A DNA stretch of 64,000 nt from Antechinus flavipes (Eukaryota), in NCBI RefSeq assembly GCF_016432865.1, contig NC_067398.1, positions 36,766,001 to 36,830,000 of the forward strand, in the 5' to 3' direction. Positions within the stretch are counted from its first letter, which is position 1; every line of letters begins with the position of its first letter. Positions 1 through 13,880 of the stretch are shown piece after piece. The position numbers and the translations under genes are program-made. A model generated the notes under the pieces. That model did not search any database. It saw only the letters and a list, made by a program, of their open reading frames with translations, and was not told the origin of the DNA.

Positions 1-639
1 CTATTTTCTACCAATTGAATAGGAACGTGTCCTTTGGATAAAACCCTGAGATAGATTATCCACCCATTTATAAGCCTTTACTCATACTGAGCCCCCTAAG
101 CATATTCTTGCACTTCAGTGCTCAGCTTTAACTCACAATGACTCTCTTCCCATCTACTCAAAAAACAAGATACTCATTGTTTTTTCATCAAGCAAAACTG
201 CTTGGTCCCCCATGTTGCCAAAATTCCCTGTCTCATATTGAATTCCCTCTCTGTAATTCCTTCTCATGCGTACTACTATTATATGGACAGAATCAATCAC
301 TCCACCCAGAATGTTAGGGTTCATAATCTTTTACTACCACTTTCAGGCTTATTTTTAGTATTATACATTCCGAAAACACATGGCAAATGTACAGAACAAT
401 GCTTTCTAAATAGGGTTGGTGAATAATTGATACTGATGAGCAGCTGTGTACTCCCTTTATCTCAGGTGCATGGCTTTTTCCCCTCCAGAGTCATCTTTAG
501 TCTCTATTAGTATCTGACATTGGAATGAATTTGCATGGTCATCTTGCTTACAATCCAGATGTACATAGGAGTGTTCCCCTTAGCATCCCAGATAAGTTGT
601 TTTCTAAGAGCTGTCCACTTGAATAGTCTCAATATTTCT

Positions 640-815
640 GCTACATGATAGAGGGAGACCTTCACAACAGGAAGACCTCAATTTGTGTTCTGCCTCTGAC
701 ATTTACTAGTTCTGTTACTATGGATTAATCATTTTATTAGCCTTAATTTCTTCATTTGTAAATTGAAAATATGAACACCACCAATCTCACAAAGTTGTTA
801 TAAAGACCAAATTAT
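640..815 (+). mobile_element. MIR-like CORE-SINE fragment
   Basis: aggaagacctcaatttgtgttctgcctctgacatttactag...ccttaatttcttcatttgtaaattg resembles the MIR core; boundaries approximate. Confidence 0.6.
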
Positions 816-896
816 ACACCCTCCCACATATATGTGTTATGTATATATTATTATTATTATTGTTCAGTGCTATACAAACCCTAAAATGATATATGA

Positions 897-973
<77 letters not shown>
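897..973. repeat. (AGT)n microsatellite, about 25 units
   Basis: Pure agt run; the source of the poly-Ser ORF 832..1026. Confidence 0.98.
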
Positions 974-1089
974 TTGTACTTGTCATTGTTATTGCTTTGG
1001 GAAATAATTCACAAGAACATCTTTGATTTGGGGGTTACTCTAATTCTTAGGAAATTCTTATACTGAATCATATTGTTCCTGTGACCTTT

Positions 1090-1230
1090 CTTGTCACAAT
1101 TCTATTCTCTGGAACTATTTATCATAAGCCTAATCCATTTTGCAAGCAACAGTCATCAAATATTTGAAAACAGCCTAAATATTTCTCTTCTAAGGTAAAT
1201 ATATCTAATTATTTTACTAGGTATATGTTA
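1090..1230 (-). mobile_element. CR1/L3 3'-end fragment
   Basis: agtcatcaaatatttgaaaacagcc...ttctcttctaaggtaaatatatctaatt resembles the antisense L3 3' end. Confidence 0.5.
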
Positions 1231-3249
1231 GCAGTATCCTTGAAGCCCTCAGACTTGCTTCAGTACAACTCCTGAAGCCATGATGCAAAGGAGTAATTCA
1301 TTTCCTACTAAGTAATTGATACTAATTAATGGGAAGAGCATAAAAACATGGGAATAGCAGAAAACCAGCTCTCTGTTTATAAGCCTTGTTTCCTACATGG
1401 TGCCTACATCTATTGATAACCTTGATGAGACAGTTGCATCTGTAGGTAGCACAGCTACAGCTAATGAAGACTAAAAGAAGAAAAATCTTGCCACTAACAT
1501 AACATTGTCACCTGGTTCATTATCAGAAGTTCATATGGTTTTGTTAGCAGAAAATGAATGAACAAAATGAATTATCATTAACTTTGTAGTGGTACCCTAA
1601 GGACTACTGGATCTTTTCACGTTACTTCAATCTGAAACTTCCTATAATCTCTTAGAATGTGAACTCTTTGAAAGCAAGGACAGTTTTAGTTTTCTATTTG
1701 TATCCTTAGGACATAGGAAAGTACTTTGTACATAGTAAATTCTTAATTATTCTGCATGGTTTCTGCACTCTTTAACTCTCTCCAGATGTAATCTATTGGG
1801 AAATCACCCCCTTAAAATATGATATCCAGTACTAAACACAATGGTTTAAATGTTTCCTGACAAGTATAAAATATTCCTCCTAATACTGCCCAAAATTGCT
1901 AAATATATTTTTGGTACCAGACTTCTTATTTCATTTATGTAGAATGATTTAGTAAAGAATTTCTTTAACACAGAACAATTTCTATTATTAATTTATCACA
2001 TTGAAAAATAGTCTGTGGCACCTAAGACCAAGGGACTTGTTCAGATCTATACTTTAAGTATCTTTCAAAAGCAAGACTTGGACATGGTTCTTCCTGACTT
2101 CAAGATCAGCTGTCATTTCCCATTGTGCCACTCTGAAATCAGGTTCACATTAGCTTTTTTTTTTTTTTTTCTTTGAAGCACTCATAGCACTTTGCTAACA
2201 CACATTGACCTTGTGTTCAAGAAAAGGAGGAGACAGAGAAACAACCTGTCTAGAATACTGGAGAAGAGATTATTACTTTCAGAATGGACTAAATGAACAC
2301 AGAGAAGTCTTCCACTATTAGGATTCTGTGATTCATTGCAAACCCGGGAGCCTTTTTCACATAAAATGTTATTTTCCATTCTACATTGGTGAGGTGTTTT
2401 TTTTTTTTTTTTTTTTTTTTGCTTAAGTACAGAGGTTTACCTGAATTCCTATTAAATTTCATCTCATTAGTAATAGTTATTTAAGCCTTAGTAGTGACTT
2501 AAACCTTCAAGGTTTAATATAGACTCTTTTGTTTGACATTTAAGACCCTTTACAATATGGCTACCATTTTAATAAATGCATATTCTCCTGCACACTTTCT
2601 ACTTTCCAACCAAACTGTTCTAATTAGTGTTTCTATACAAGACCTCTTTACTTTGTCCCTCATTCCTGCAATTCTATCTCTGTGATCTAACATTCTAACC
2701 TTCTCTAACTTGGCACCTTTCACAAGAGAGGTCTTTTCTGATTTCATCCTGAAATTTCTTTGTTTTTATTTTTCGTGTTTATTTTTAAATTTTCTGAATG
2801 TGTTAACTTTCTACAAAGAGCATGAAACTTCCTTGAAGACAGGGATTGTTTAGTTTTTGGTTTTGGCTTAGTTTTAATACTTAATAGTTGTCATTAAACT
2901 GCATTTTATGACTAGATTCTAATTTGTTGTGTGAGGAAACAAATAGCACTTTAAATATTAAATATGATGTTGCCAAAAATAGCCAGCTCTGGGCAAGTTT
3001 ACATATAATAAGTTCATGATGGAAGTGATACAGTCTCAAAGTACTGAATTATTGTTTATAAACTCATTAAGGAAAGAGAAAAATAAAAATAATGGAAAAA
3101 AAATCACACAAAAATATTGCCCCAAATGCAGATGAGCAGGAAAATATTAATAACTAACAATCCATTTGCCAAATTATTCTAGTTCATATAAAATCTTTAT
3201 TAAAATGTCTACATAATTCCTTGATATCGTTGATGAAAATGAGAAAAAA

Positions 3250-3830
3250 AAGTTAATTTTCATAAATGTGATTTGTCTTCACCACTTCTTTTCTTCACAA
3301 TCAGAAAACAAAATTCTGCTGCATTTACTGTTTGCTGACTATTTTTTAAAGAATTTGACTTATCAAATTGGGCTCTCATATAAGAATATTTGATAGTTAT
3401 ATAGCCATAGAGGTTGCAATTGTTCAATATACAATGAGGGACAAGACCAAATGAAAAAGGAATTTCCTGTCAAAGATTATGTCTTCAGATGCACCTGTTT
3501 GTAGTTGATATTTTGCTGACTGAATCAAGATTCAGACCATTAGTTGGATACCCAAATGAGATCTATGTTTATTCAAAATAGATCAACCTTATAATCATAA
3601 TAGGAAAACTCAAATGGATGAAAGACTAGGATGTTTTATTGAAGGGGCAGTCTATTTAGTCTGTTAATAGATAAATGATTAGCTAGAACCAGATTTTAAT
3701 TTCCAAAGTAGAGAAAGCCCTAATAGCATTTAAAAGATTGTACAATATTATAATGAATCCCAAGATGCTTCCTGTAATACAGAGTATCACTTTAACTTCA
3801 ATGTATTCCTAGTAATGTTGCATAGTTCCA
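3250..3830 (+). mobile_element. Ancient RTE-clade LINE reverse-transcriptase fragment
   Basis: cagatgcacctgtttgtagttgatattttgctgact reads as degenerate QMxLFxxDIxL (FADD region), followed by ggaaaactcaaatggatg (GKxKWM) and cccaagatgcttcctg (PKxLP). Confidence 0.6.
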
Positions 3831-4537
3831 AATCTTAGAACAGTATCAAATCATAGACACTCAGATTTGGAATTACCTTATAGATCTCCCATTTCCACAG
3901 CCAAAGCAATATTATCTTTATATATAAATAAAGGGTAAGAATAGGAAACCATTATTAAGCATTTAATTTGAAGCAAGAATTATGTTATAAATGTAAATTT
4001 GAACACAAACCTGGACTTCAAGGAGTTAGCTTCATAATAGAATTTGAGAGAGGGGAAAGAGAATAATTTGCATGAATGGGTAAGTAAGAATTAATGACAC
4101 TATTGATTTAATTATAGTTGCAGAAGCGATGAATCAGCATGGTACAATGAGTAGAAAGCTTGCCTTGAATCCAGATCTGGGGGCAAGTCCTATATCTGAT
4201 ACATTACCCAGGGCAAATTACTTACCTTCTCAATCATCAAGGTTCTAAAACTACAATTGAAGAACAAACATTGATTTAAATTAATAGAATTTCCTTACTG
4301 GGAGTTTTCTATAAAAATAAAATAAAAGATCCACTCTGGAATTATTAAAAGAATAGACATGAGCAGAACTAAAGGAATGATATAAACAGTAGCAGCAAAG
4401 TTATTAAAAAAAAAAAAAAACTTAGAACAACAGAGTCATTTTGACTATTATAAATATCTACATTTACTCTAAAGAACCTATGAAGGAAGACTATCTACAT
4501 CCAGAGAAAGAACTGATAAATAAATAGAGAATGATTT

Positions 4538-4540
<3 letters not shown>

Positions 4541-4582
<42 letters not shown>
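4541..4582. repeat. (CA)n microsatellite
   Basis: Direct read. Confidence 0.97.
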
Positions 4583-4584
<2 letters not shown>

Positions 4585-5079
4585 TCTTGTTTCGAATGAT
4601 AATCCTCTAAGAGGGGGAAGGAACAAAAAACAGGGAGAAGAAAGTTGCATGATAATTTTATTAGATAGATACACATATATATACGGAATTGCAAGTTATA
4701 TTTAATACATATTTAACAAATCTCCAGTTTCATGGGCAATCATCTTTTAAAATTCTATTCTAATATGAAAATGCTTGTTTTAGTCCATAAATAATTTTTT
4801 AAAGGGGTAGTTAAAAGAAGTAATGTGCATATGTTTAGCAGCAAGGCAGCTAATAGGAAGATGGTGACTGGGAAGTAAAATTATGACTGACTATTAAAGA
4901 TTAAGGCCAATCTAAAGTAATGAGCTCCTGTAGTTGCTCACCCATTGAACTAGTAAGGCTCCAGATTGAACATTACAGAGAGGAAAGGGTTAAAGTTATC
5001 ACTATGTGCATTCTGTTCCAGTAAGTTATATAGTGAAAAAAATTGGCCTGTATGGGAAGTGAATTTGCAACAAATGATA

Positions 5080-5290
5080 ATTACCTTTACTTGAAGCCCT
5101 TTTGTAAGGGGAAAACCACAGCCTCTTGAGATAGTTCAATTCCACTTTGGATCTGTTCTAACAGGAAATTTTTACTTACATTAAATCTTTGCAATGGTTA
5201 CCCATTATTACTGTATAGAGAAAAGAATAGCATGACAGTGTTTCAAATAGTCAAAGAGAGCTAATTATATCCAAGCTGAGCCCTTTCTTT
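5080..5290 (-). mobile_element. CR1/L3 3' fragment
   Basis: ggggaaaaccacagcctcttgagatagttcaattccactttggatctgttctaacaggaaattttt resembles antisense L3. Confidence 0.5.
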
Positions 5291-5299
5291 TCTTTCTTT

Positions 5300-5905
5300 C
5301 TTTTTTTGTCTTTAGTAAATTTATTTATTTTTAATGCACATTACATTATCAATGATGTTGAGAGAGAAAAATCAGAGCAAAAGGGAAAAACCATGGAAGA
5401 GATTAAAAACAAAAACAAACAAAAAAAATGGACATATCATATGTTGATTTACTTTCAATCTCCTTAGTTCTTTTTTTTAGATGCAGATAAAATTTCTGTC
5501 CAAAGTCTATTAGGATTGTTTTGGATCACAAAACCACTGAGAAGAAGCAAGACTCATAGTTGATCATCTCACATTCTTGCTGTTATTGTGCACAAGATAT
5601 TCCTGTTTCTGCTTGTTTTGTTCAGCATCAGTTCATGTATATCTTTCCAGGTCTTTCTAAAATGGGCTTGTTCATCATTTTATAGAATAATAATAATCCA
5701 TTATTTTCATATACCACAACTTGTTCAGCCATTCCCCAACTGACAAGCATCTACTCATTTTCCATTTCTTTGTTACCACAAAAAGAGGTGCTACAAACAT
5801 TTTTGCACATGTGGGTCCTTTTCCCTCCTTTAAGATTTCTTTGAGATACAGATTCAGTTAATGTCATTGCTGGGTCAAAGAGTATGTATAGTTTTATAGT
5901 CTTTA
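5300..5905 (-). mobile_element. 5'-truncated L1 (ORF2 C-terminus plus 3'UTR)
   Basis: cttgttcagccattccccaactgacaagcatctactc...tttttgcacatgtgggtccttttccc...gctgggtcaaagagtatg is similar to the reverse complement of the ORF2 3' end of the L1 at 58.6-59.0 kb. Confidence 0.85.
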
Positions 5906-7424
5906 GTACTTCCTTTTCTAAGTTAAATGTCCCAGTTTCTTGCCATTTTAATTTGAATGACATAAATTAAAAACTTCACAGTTGTAGTATTCCTCTAGTG
6001 TCCAATATTGCATTTCCTAATATGACCATTTCAAAATTCCACATAATAATGCTAATGAAGCATATTGTGTTAGAGAATTTATAAAATTAAAAATAATTCT
6101 AGTTACACTAAAGGTACAGGAGTGATGCATCATGGGTATAAATTGGATTAAAATATTTCCACAAAGCACTTTTTCAAAAGAAGCATTACAAAGACACCAT
6201 CTAGGAATTGTATGATTAGGAAAGTTAGGCTGTTTAGGCAAAAAAAAACAGTAAAGTATAATAGAAATAACCAAGAAATAGAAAGGGATCTTCAGCATGC
6301 TAGGCAAAAATCAAACATGATAGGAAGGTGTAAATGACTTGTGTTCTGTCTGAGAGAGGAAAGCAGTACACTTTCCACTGAGTGGATGAGCACAGATTCA
6401 TTGAACCATTGAAGGAGAGAAAAAGTTCATTTAAAATTCTATCATCCAGCATATTCAGTATTCATCCCATATAAAGGGGGGGATGGAAAGAGAGAAAGAG
6501 AATGTGAATAATGAAGGGGAAAAAAAGGTTTACAAGGGGCATAAGTCCTAAAGGATTGTCATTATAAATCAATAGTGGTATATTGACACTGTAGAGGCTA
6601 TTCAGACTTCTATCCCATAAACCAGCTTTGACTCTGAAGATGCCTGGGTATGTTGATCTTTTTTCTAAACTCACTTTGCAAATGAATAACCTTGAAAGTT
6701 CTATTCCCTAGCTTTTGAAGGCTCTAACTGATACCAGATGAATACTAAGGTGGAAAAAACACACAGTAGATTTCAAAATACCTAAGGGTGTCCCTCCAGC
6801 TGCGTTTGTATTTGAGCAGCAGGGATCATTGCACAATTTGAAACTGACCTTTTGGTTTTCAAACTAGGTATGGGGAAAATTTTTCACAGATTATCCCAAG
6901 CTTAGGAAAAATGTATTCCTCATTCACTGTATGAAGTATAATGTTAATTGTTTTCTAAGGCTGTTCCTTGCATTGGACTGTGGCAAGCATCACCTGCCTC
7001 ATGCTAATGCACTCATTAATTTAAAACTGTGAATTAACTAAGGCTTGAATGGAGAGGTGGCAGAATCTTAAAATGATTTATTATCAAATTTATATGAGAT
7101 TTTAAAAATATGGGTAAATATTTCTCATTTCAATTAACCATTTATTTATATTCACATATCACACATCTAAAGAGAGTATGTTTCCTGCTTGGATTAATTT
7201 TAATGATGTCTATATTTTTTTATATTCCCAAATTATTCAAGGTGAAATCTAAAATATCAATATGAATCATGGTGCAGGATAATAAAATCAATATGTTAAT
7301 CATTGAAAGCATTTAAAAGTTCATTTGTAATGTATTTTATCATATATATAATGTCCCCATATAGAGTTTTTAATTAAAAGAAATCCAAAACAAATTTGAT
7401 AATTCGATTAAATTTAATAAACAT

Positions 7425-7950
7425 TTATTAAGCAATGACTGTGTGTCAGGCACTGTGCTGTGATACAAATAGAAACAAGACACCATATCTGCCCTCAAGA
7501 AACTTAAAATCTAATGGGGGAGACAATATGAAAGCAAATATATACAAAACACTCACCCTGTATTCAGGATAAATAGGAAATAATTTACAGAGAGAAGGCA
7601 ATGGAATCAAGAGGAGATTGGTAAAGCTTCCTGTAAGAGGTAGGATTTTAGTTGGTATTTAAAAGAAGTCAGGGAAAGTTACTGAGAATAGAGGAAAAGC
7701 TTTTCAACTTGAAGGACAGTCCAGAGAGATTACCCATCACTGAGACAGAACTGTTTTGTTCTTAGAGACAATTGTTACTGGATTAAAGTGTATATTGGGG
7801 AGTATTGTAAGAGAGGGATAAATCATGAAGAGCTTTGACTGTCCAGCAGATTATTGTATATTTGCTTCTGGAGGTAATAGGAAACTACCTGTGTTTATTG
7901 AATAAGACAATGACATGATTACCCTTGCATTTTAAGAAAATTATTTAAAT
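7425..7950 (-). mobile_element. L2 3'-end fragment
   Basis: aataaacatttattaagcaatgactgtgtgtcaggcactgtgctg...ctgccctcaagaaacttaaaatctaatggggg is the typical antisense L2 terminus. Confidence 0.8.
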
Positions 7951-8529
7951 GCAAAGCATTAGCATTTACTCTCTCTTTTTTCCCCCTCAGGTCATAGAAG
8001 GATAAGTACCCTTGCTCTCTGGATTCCATTACAGGGTTTCTTTCTTCCCTCTCTTGGCTTTAATTCAGATTCTCTGGGCTTTGTTTACCATGCCACAGCA
8101 GCCTATGCATCATGGAAGTTCACTCTGTCCTTCACCTTGTACTGACTGAATAGACTTCTCCTGTCCCATTCTCTTTTTTTGTCTAATATCCTGACTCCTC
8201 CAACTTCCTCCATTTATGAAAACAAACCAAGTCAGCCTATAAAATTCTAATGGTCAGAACTAGGTATCTGCAATAATGTAAACAAAGGTTGATAAAACTT
8301 TCCTACTTTAACTAAATATAATACATTCATGTAATTCTGGTACTCAGAAAAGAAGTTTTGATTGATTGAAGTTTTGACAGAGGGTTAGGATTGTTCTTTG
8401 AAGTGATGTACCTATTATTGTTATAAGTCCTATGCTCTCTTATATAAACATAAGGAGATGACATCTGAAGTAGGGAGTTTTAGTCAAAGAATGATTAGTG
8501 CTATGAGGAAAAACAGGGTTCATGGTAGC

Positions 8530-8955
8530 CCGAAGGTAAACTTCAATTTAATATTCTTGTCAGGTTCCATTGACTTTGTTATAACTGGTAAATCCTTTGG
8601 CTGGCAATCTTAGCTCTAAAATGTGTGCCAAAAGTTTCCTTGAATTCGTGAAGCCCTCTGTATTTTCGAAAGGTGGTGACTACCTGTCCAAGTTTACTCA
8701 AGTAAATGCCAGAGAAGGAATTGCACAAAGTTCCCCTACTTCCACTGTTTTCCCCATTGTACTATGCTGCAATGGTGAAATCCCCAGAGATGGAAGCCCT
8801 TGAATAATTTATATTAAGCCAGCAGCCCTGGAAATTCCTTCATCTGTCAGGTGAATTTGTGTCTGTCACTAGGCAGGATTCCTGCTTCTAACTGCTCCTC
8901 ACTGCTGGAAGACTTGCAGGACATCAGGCAGCTTGGGCATGATGACTGCCATTTG
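8530..8955 (-). other. Candidate minus-strand terminal exon (lncRNA or unknown gene)
   Basis: Minus strand ttttggtttttctaaag|CAAATGGCAG acceptor at 8956/8955; no recognisable repeat; ATTAAA near 8547-8552; no homology recognised. Confidence 0.25.
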
Positions 8956-8984
8956 CTTTAGAAAAACCAAAATTATTTTTGTTT

Positions 8985-9232
8985 AGGGGTTGGAAAGGAA
9001 GAAAGGAAAGATAACACAAAGTCAAGAAGGCAGATGTGGGAAAGGAATGAAGAAAGGAAGGAAGGAAGGAGTGAGGGAGAAAGAGAAAGAAGGAAGAAAA
9101 GGAAAGAAGGAAGGAAAAGGGAGAAGGAAGTAGGAAAGGGAGGAAAGAAGAGGGAGTGAGGAAGAGAAGGGATGAAAGAAAGAACGAAGGAAAGAGGGAA
9201 GGAAAGAAGGAGAGAAGAAAAGAATGAAAGAG
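8985..9232 (+). repeat. GA-rich purine low-complexity tract ending at a gap
   Basis: gaaa/ggaa/gaag units, almost entirely purine. Confidence 0.95.
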
Positions 9233-9415
9233 NNNNNNNNNNNNNNNNNNNNNNNNNNNNNNNNNNNNNNNNNNNNNNNNNNNNNNNNNNNNNNNNNNNN
9301 NNNNNNNNNNNNNNNNNNNNNNNNNNNNNNNNNNNNNNNNNNNNNNNNNNNNNNNNNNNNNNNNNNNNNNNNNNNNNNNNNNNNNNNNNNNNNNNNNNNN
9401 NNNNNNNNNNNNNNN
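9233..9415. other. Assembly gap (183 N)
   Basis: Run of n. Confidence 1.
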
Positions 9416-10891
9416 ACTTGACTAGTTCTTTAAATCACTTCTCATGTGGAATACTCTCAGGACCCTCATTCTTCTAGCCACCCTATTTTCCATACAGTCC
9501 AGATTTCCAATGCCCTTGCCTAAATATGATATCTGAAACTGAGCTCGAAGCTCCCAGATGTCCTTTGGTTAGGGTTAGAGAAAGACAATTTCTCATAAGC
9601 TTCCAACACTATCCCTGTTCAAGCAGTCTAACATAACAATATATTACTTTGATGCCTATGTCTGTCTCAGAATGTGCTTATCTATTTATTTATTTTTATA
9701 TAAAAATGTCTAATATGAAAAATTTAAAGAAAAATGGGAAAACATATGAAGAAGAGAAACAAGAAAAAAAAGATAAAATAAACGGTTACAAAAATATGAA
9801 TAAGACTACAACAAAACTCAATAATTTATAATCATAACTGCTCTTCACTTTTTAGAGAACATAAGGAGATGGTCCTTATACTTTTAGTTGGAAAGGTAAT
9901 GAGCATGGGTCTAGAAAGTCATACACACTGAAAAAAGTGGTTAATGTTATCTCCTTAGCTTTAATTTTATTGTCATTATTATTCCAAGAAAAAGATTACC
10001 TTTCTAAAAGGGGTGCTGCCGGTGATATGACTAGAAATGATTGATATAAGAACAAAAAGCATCAATAAAACTTCAAAAACAAAAAGGAAAGAAAGGAAGA
10101 GCTTAATGTTAATTTCCCCTTTGCTGGGAACTTTGAAAACTCATCATTAAATTAAATTCCACTGTGTTTTAGAATAAGCTTTTTAAAAAAGAAATAACAA
10201 ACTTAGTAAATGCTATATATTAATGGCTATTTTTTTTTCTTTAAATTGCTCAGAATTCCATTCTAGTTAGCTAAATGGTTTATCAATAAATACATGTAAT
10301 GCCACTAAAGTACATTTTTGGGAGCTTAGCATTTAAGAATTAGAGTGATCTTCACTCTCAAGGTCTTTTCAGGGTTCAAATGTCTCTTTTAAAAAATAAG
10401 AATTATCCTAAAGCTATGATTCTTCAGAAAGAAGGTGTGACCTATCTCATAATACTGACATGGTTCATTCAGCAAAGAAATGATTTTTAATTCTACAAAA
10501 AAGTTTCGCCAAAATATGATGATGAAATCTGTGAAAGTCATTGTTTTTTAAATAATATTATCTTACGTATCAGACAAAATCATATTTTCCTTTTCCACAA
10601 CATCTGATACATAAAAATGTATGTGACTAAAAGATAGATAATGATATATATTTTTTAAAGTTGCCATTTCACCAATTATCTTTATTTGATCACCTATTAA
10701 CTATGGGCTACTCATAACAATTCATATAAATTTAAATAAATTTGAACAAAAGGAAAGAATCTAGTCACTAACATATGGTAGTTATTGTCTTATCAAAATG
10801 CGAGCAAAGAATGTATATTCCATTTATGAATCTCAATATTTGCCAAAACATTATGGGTCTCTTATTCCATTTCCTTTTCATTTTATAATTT

Positions 10892-10894
<3 letters not shown>

Positions 10895-10968
<74 letters not shown>
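10895..10968. repeat. (CT)n microsatellite, about 37 units
   Basis: Direct read. Confidence 0.98.
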
Positions 10969-10972
<4 letters not shown>

Positions 10973-13694
10973 TATGTATTCTTCCCTCTACTGTCAGCTC
11001 TCCCCTTTTTTTCACTAGCTCTTTCTGTAAGACAGTTGGTGGCAATTGAAAATGGGATTTAACTATTAACACAATCTTGCCTTTGCATGGCTGACTTTCC
11101 CCCAAGGAACTGGCTTCTCTTTGAAATTGGCTTTGGAGCTGACAGAGCCTACTCAGTTTCACATTAAGGCTAGCCCAGTAGAGAAAATGAAGCCAAGAAA
11201 TTTGATCAGGTTATCCTGGGGCAAAAAGAAAGGGTAGGTTTAGGGAAATGCTTAATTTGCCTGATCCTGCAGGGATTCTCAAGTATGAATCTCCTGAGGA
11301 AATCAGAAGCTGCCTTTCCATTTATCCACTGAGATATCCCAAATTACCAGCTTGACTTGGCTTTGCTGATAAGAAAACAAGAGATACTGAGTCTTTTAAT
11401 TTAGTTAGTGATATGGGGGTTATCTGCTAAAACAGGTTTGAGCAGTGTATTTTAAAAAAAAAAGAAATTTTTTTAAAAGATGTTTTATGAAAGTGTCAAA
11501 GTATAATTCAAAAAAGGCTATTTTACCTATGGTACCTTCATCTGCTATAGTGGGGTGTGAGAGAAATGGAAATTGGGGAAATATATACCCTTTAAAGACA
11601 ATTTCAATAGTTTTCCTTTGTATCACAAAAGTTCTAGGCAGACCATATATAATGTTCATGGTATCCAGGAAGGTGCCAGTATTCTTTCTCTTTAAAAAAG
11701 CACATTCAATATACTACCCAGGTATTGAACACTTGTTAGTTGCTCTAAATTATTACTTCTCCCCTATCTTTACACATAGCAGAATTTTGGTTTTCTATAC
11801 TTAATAGTAATGAAAGTGACGGTATAGGTTGTAATGATGATGGAACATAACAACTGCAATGTTAACAAATGGATTTCTTTTTGAGAGTTCCTGGATATAT
11901 ATAGTTCTTCTCTATAAGAAGCAAAATAATTACCAAACCTTGAAAATAAACATGCTAATATGAGGAAAATTAAAGGTCAATTTTCTTTCTTCTTTTTGAG
12001 CAGAACCAATTTAAACTTGTCATTCTGATTTGTTCAAAGCATAGAAAAATGTGTCTTGTTTAAATTTCCCCTTCAATTAATGTTTTGGAGTGTAGAAATT
12101 CTAGTGCCAGTCAAGGGAATATAACATGGAATCCAGGTGAAGAAGAGGATGCTAATTAAGAACCATCATTCAATGTCATTTCTACATTAGATTAAGCAAA
12201 ATCCATTAGAACAATCCATCTTATTTTTCTCAGGAGGTCATGATCCAAGCTACTAACCTCATCAGAACAAACACCCATAATTACTCTTTATCCACTTCAT
12301 CACGGTTTCAGCCATATTTAGTTCTCATTTGCCTTTCATTACCATGCATACTTAATGTTTCATATGTATCTCTTCATTGTGTTGAAGAGTTCGGGACAAC
12401 AGCTGACATACATCTCTGCTCAGACACATTTTTGTCAAACCAAGACAACTCATTAGAATGGAGGATCTGAGAGCCCCATATTCTCTTATAGCTAGAGAGA
12501 GCACAGCTTCAGAGCTAACAAAACCAGTTAAGAGTTGTTAGCCCTTACCAACTTCGAGAGCGTGCAAAACTCTTTGGGGGAAAATTGATGGGAATCATGC
12601 ATTTCTTCATGCAAAATTGGACTTGTTTCAATTAAATTGATTAACAAATTCAGAGAACCAGTTATATACATACATATATTTCATAGACATAGATATACAA
12701 ATATGTACAAATATGTATATATGATGTGTGTTTATAATCTATATATATATCTACATGTGATCTCTCTATAGATATACAATGCACCTTTATATATACATGT
12801 ATATATAGCATATATAATGTGTTTATAATGTCTATACATGTATATATGATATCTATACAATCTCTTCATATGTACACACATACACACATATATAAAATTT
12901 ATAGTAGTTGAACCAATTGTACATATTGCCCAACTTCAGATGAATGTTTTCTTCCACAAAACCTATAAAACCTATGACCAATTCATTATAAAGGTATGGT
13001 TGTATTGATTAAGAATGATTTTGGTATTTTCTCAAGGAAATTAAAGTAGATAATGTGGTTAATTATATAAATAATTCAAGCAAAAGAAGTGTTAGGATAT
13101 TTTGCATTTAATAGGTTAGACCTGGATCACCTGGGCATATGCCTAGATTCTTCATTTGGTATAGATCTGCTTTAATCACTTTTGTGGGTCTTCATGTAAA
13201 TGGTCATAAATCATTTTAATTTTTTAAAAAAATCAAATACAAAGTCACTGATCTAGATATTTAATTTGACTAGCAGTCAGTATAAAACATCTTGGTTTAA
13301 GATTAATCCTAAATGTATGTTACAGGTATAATATCATAAATGTATATGTGATTTATATCCTATAGAAAAATATCTATTTGTTTAGTATTTTTACCTATGA
13401 AGAAATAGTAAAAAATATTTTGACAGCTACATAATTCTAACTGCTTTGAGCCTGGGGTAAGAAAGAACTATAAGTAAAAACTGACCTGATCATAAAGGAT
13501 AATCTTTCTTTTATAGTTCTCTTTTTGCAATGAACCTTTATCCATCAAAATAGGTGAACAATATATATCAGTACCTCTGGTTAAAATTGAAGTAATTTCA
13601 ATAAACTGCAAAAAAGTCTCATGCTATTCACATATAAAATAAATGAATATAGGTCATTTTGATTTTAATCATACAATTTGTAAATTTTGTATAT

Positions 13695-13880
13695 GTAGAC
13701 AACAAGGTGAATGGAAAGAACACTAAGTCAAGGCCTAAGTTCAAATTCATCTTTGCCATATCATATCTGTCCTGTGATCTTTGGGCAAGTCATTTAGATT
13801 CTCTGGCTTTAAAATGGAGGATTGAACTAAGGTCAGCTTTTAAGGGGTTTGCCATCTCTAGGTCCATGATCCTCTGATTC
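13695..13880 (+). mobile_element. MIR/MIR3-like SINE
   Basis: gtgaatggaaagaacactaag...ctaagttcaaattcatctttgcc...ctgtgatctttgggcaagtcattt. Confidence 0.65.

Noticed and set aside
832-1026. Poly-Ser ORF, and similar THTH/VCVC/RERE/IYLF ORFs at 4491, 10890, 15068, 34151, 34428, 43103-43475, 44086 and 46464
   Set aside because: Open frames are explained by microsatellites
7960-8010. Strong + strand acceptor ctctctttttccccctcag|G at 7990
   Set aside because: No good donor or coding frame follows; it sits at the edge of an L2
8564-8587. Possible 24-nt + strand microexon (cag|GTTCC...ACTG|gtaaat)
   Set aside because: Short pyrimidine tract, no partner exons, peptide not recognised; expected by chance
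9172-9477. ORFs crossing N runs (also 43563..44181)
   Set aside because: Artefacts of translating gaps
12500-12660. Possible hAT/MER63-type fragment beside a TA-rich tract
   Set aside because: Only a short motif was recognisable; no TIR pair or TSD
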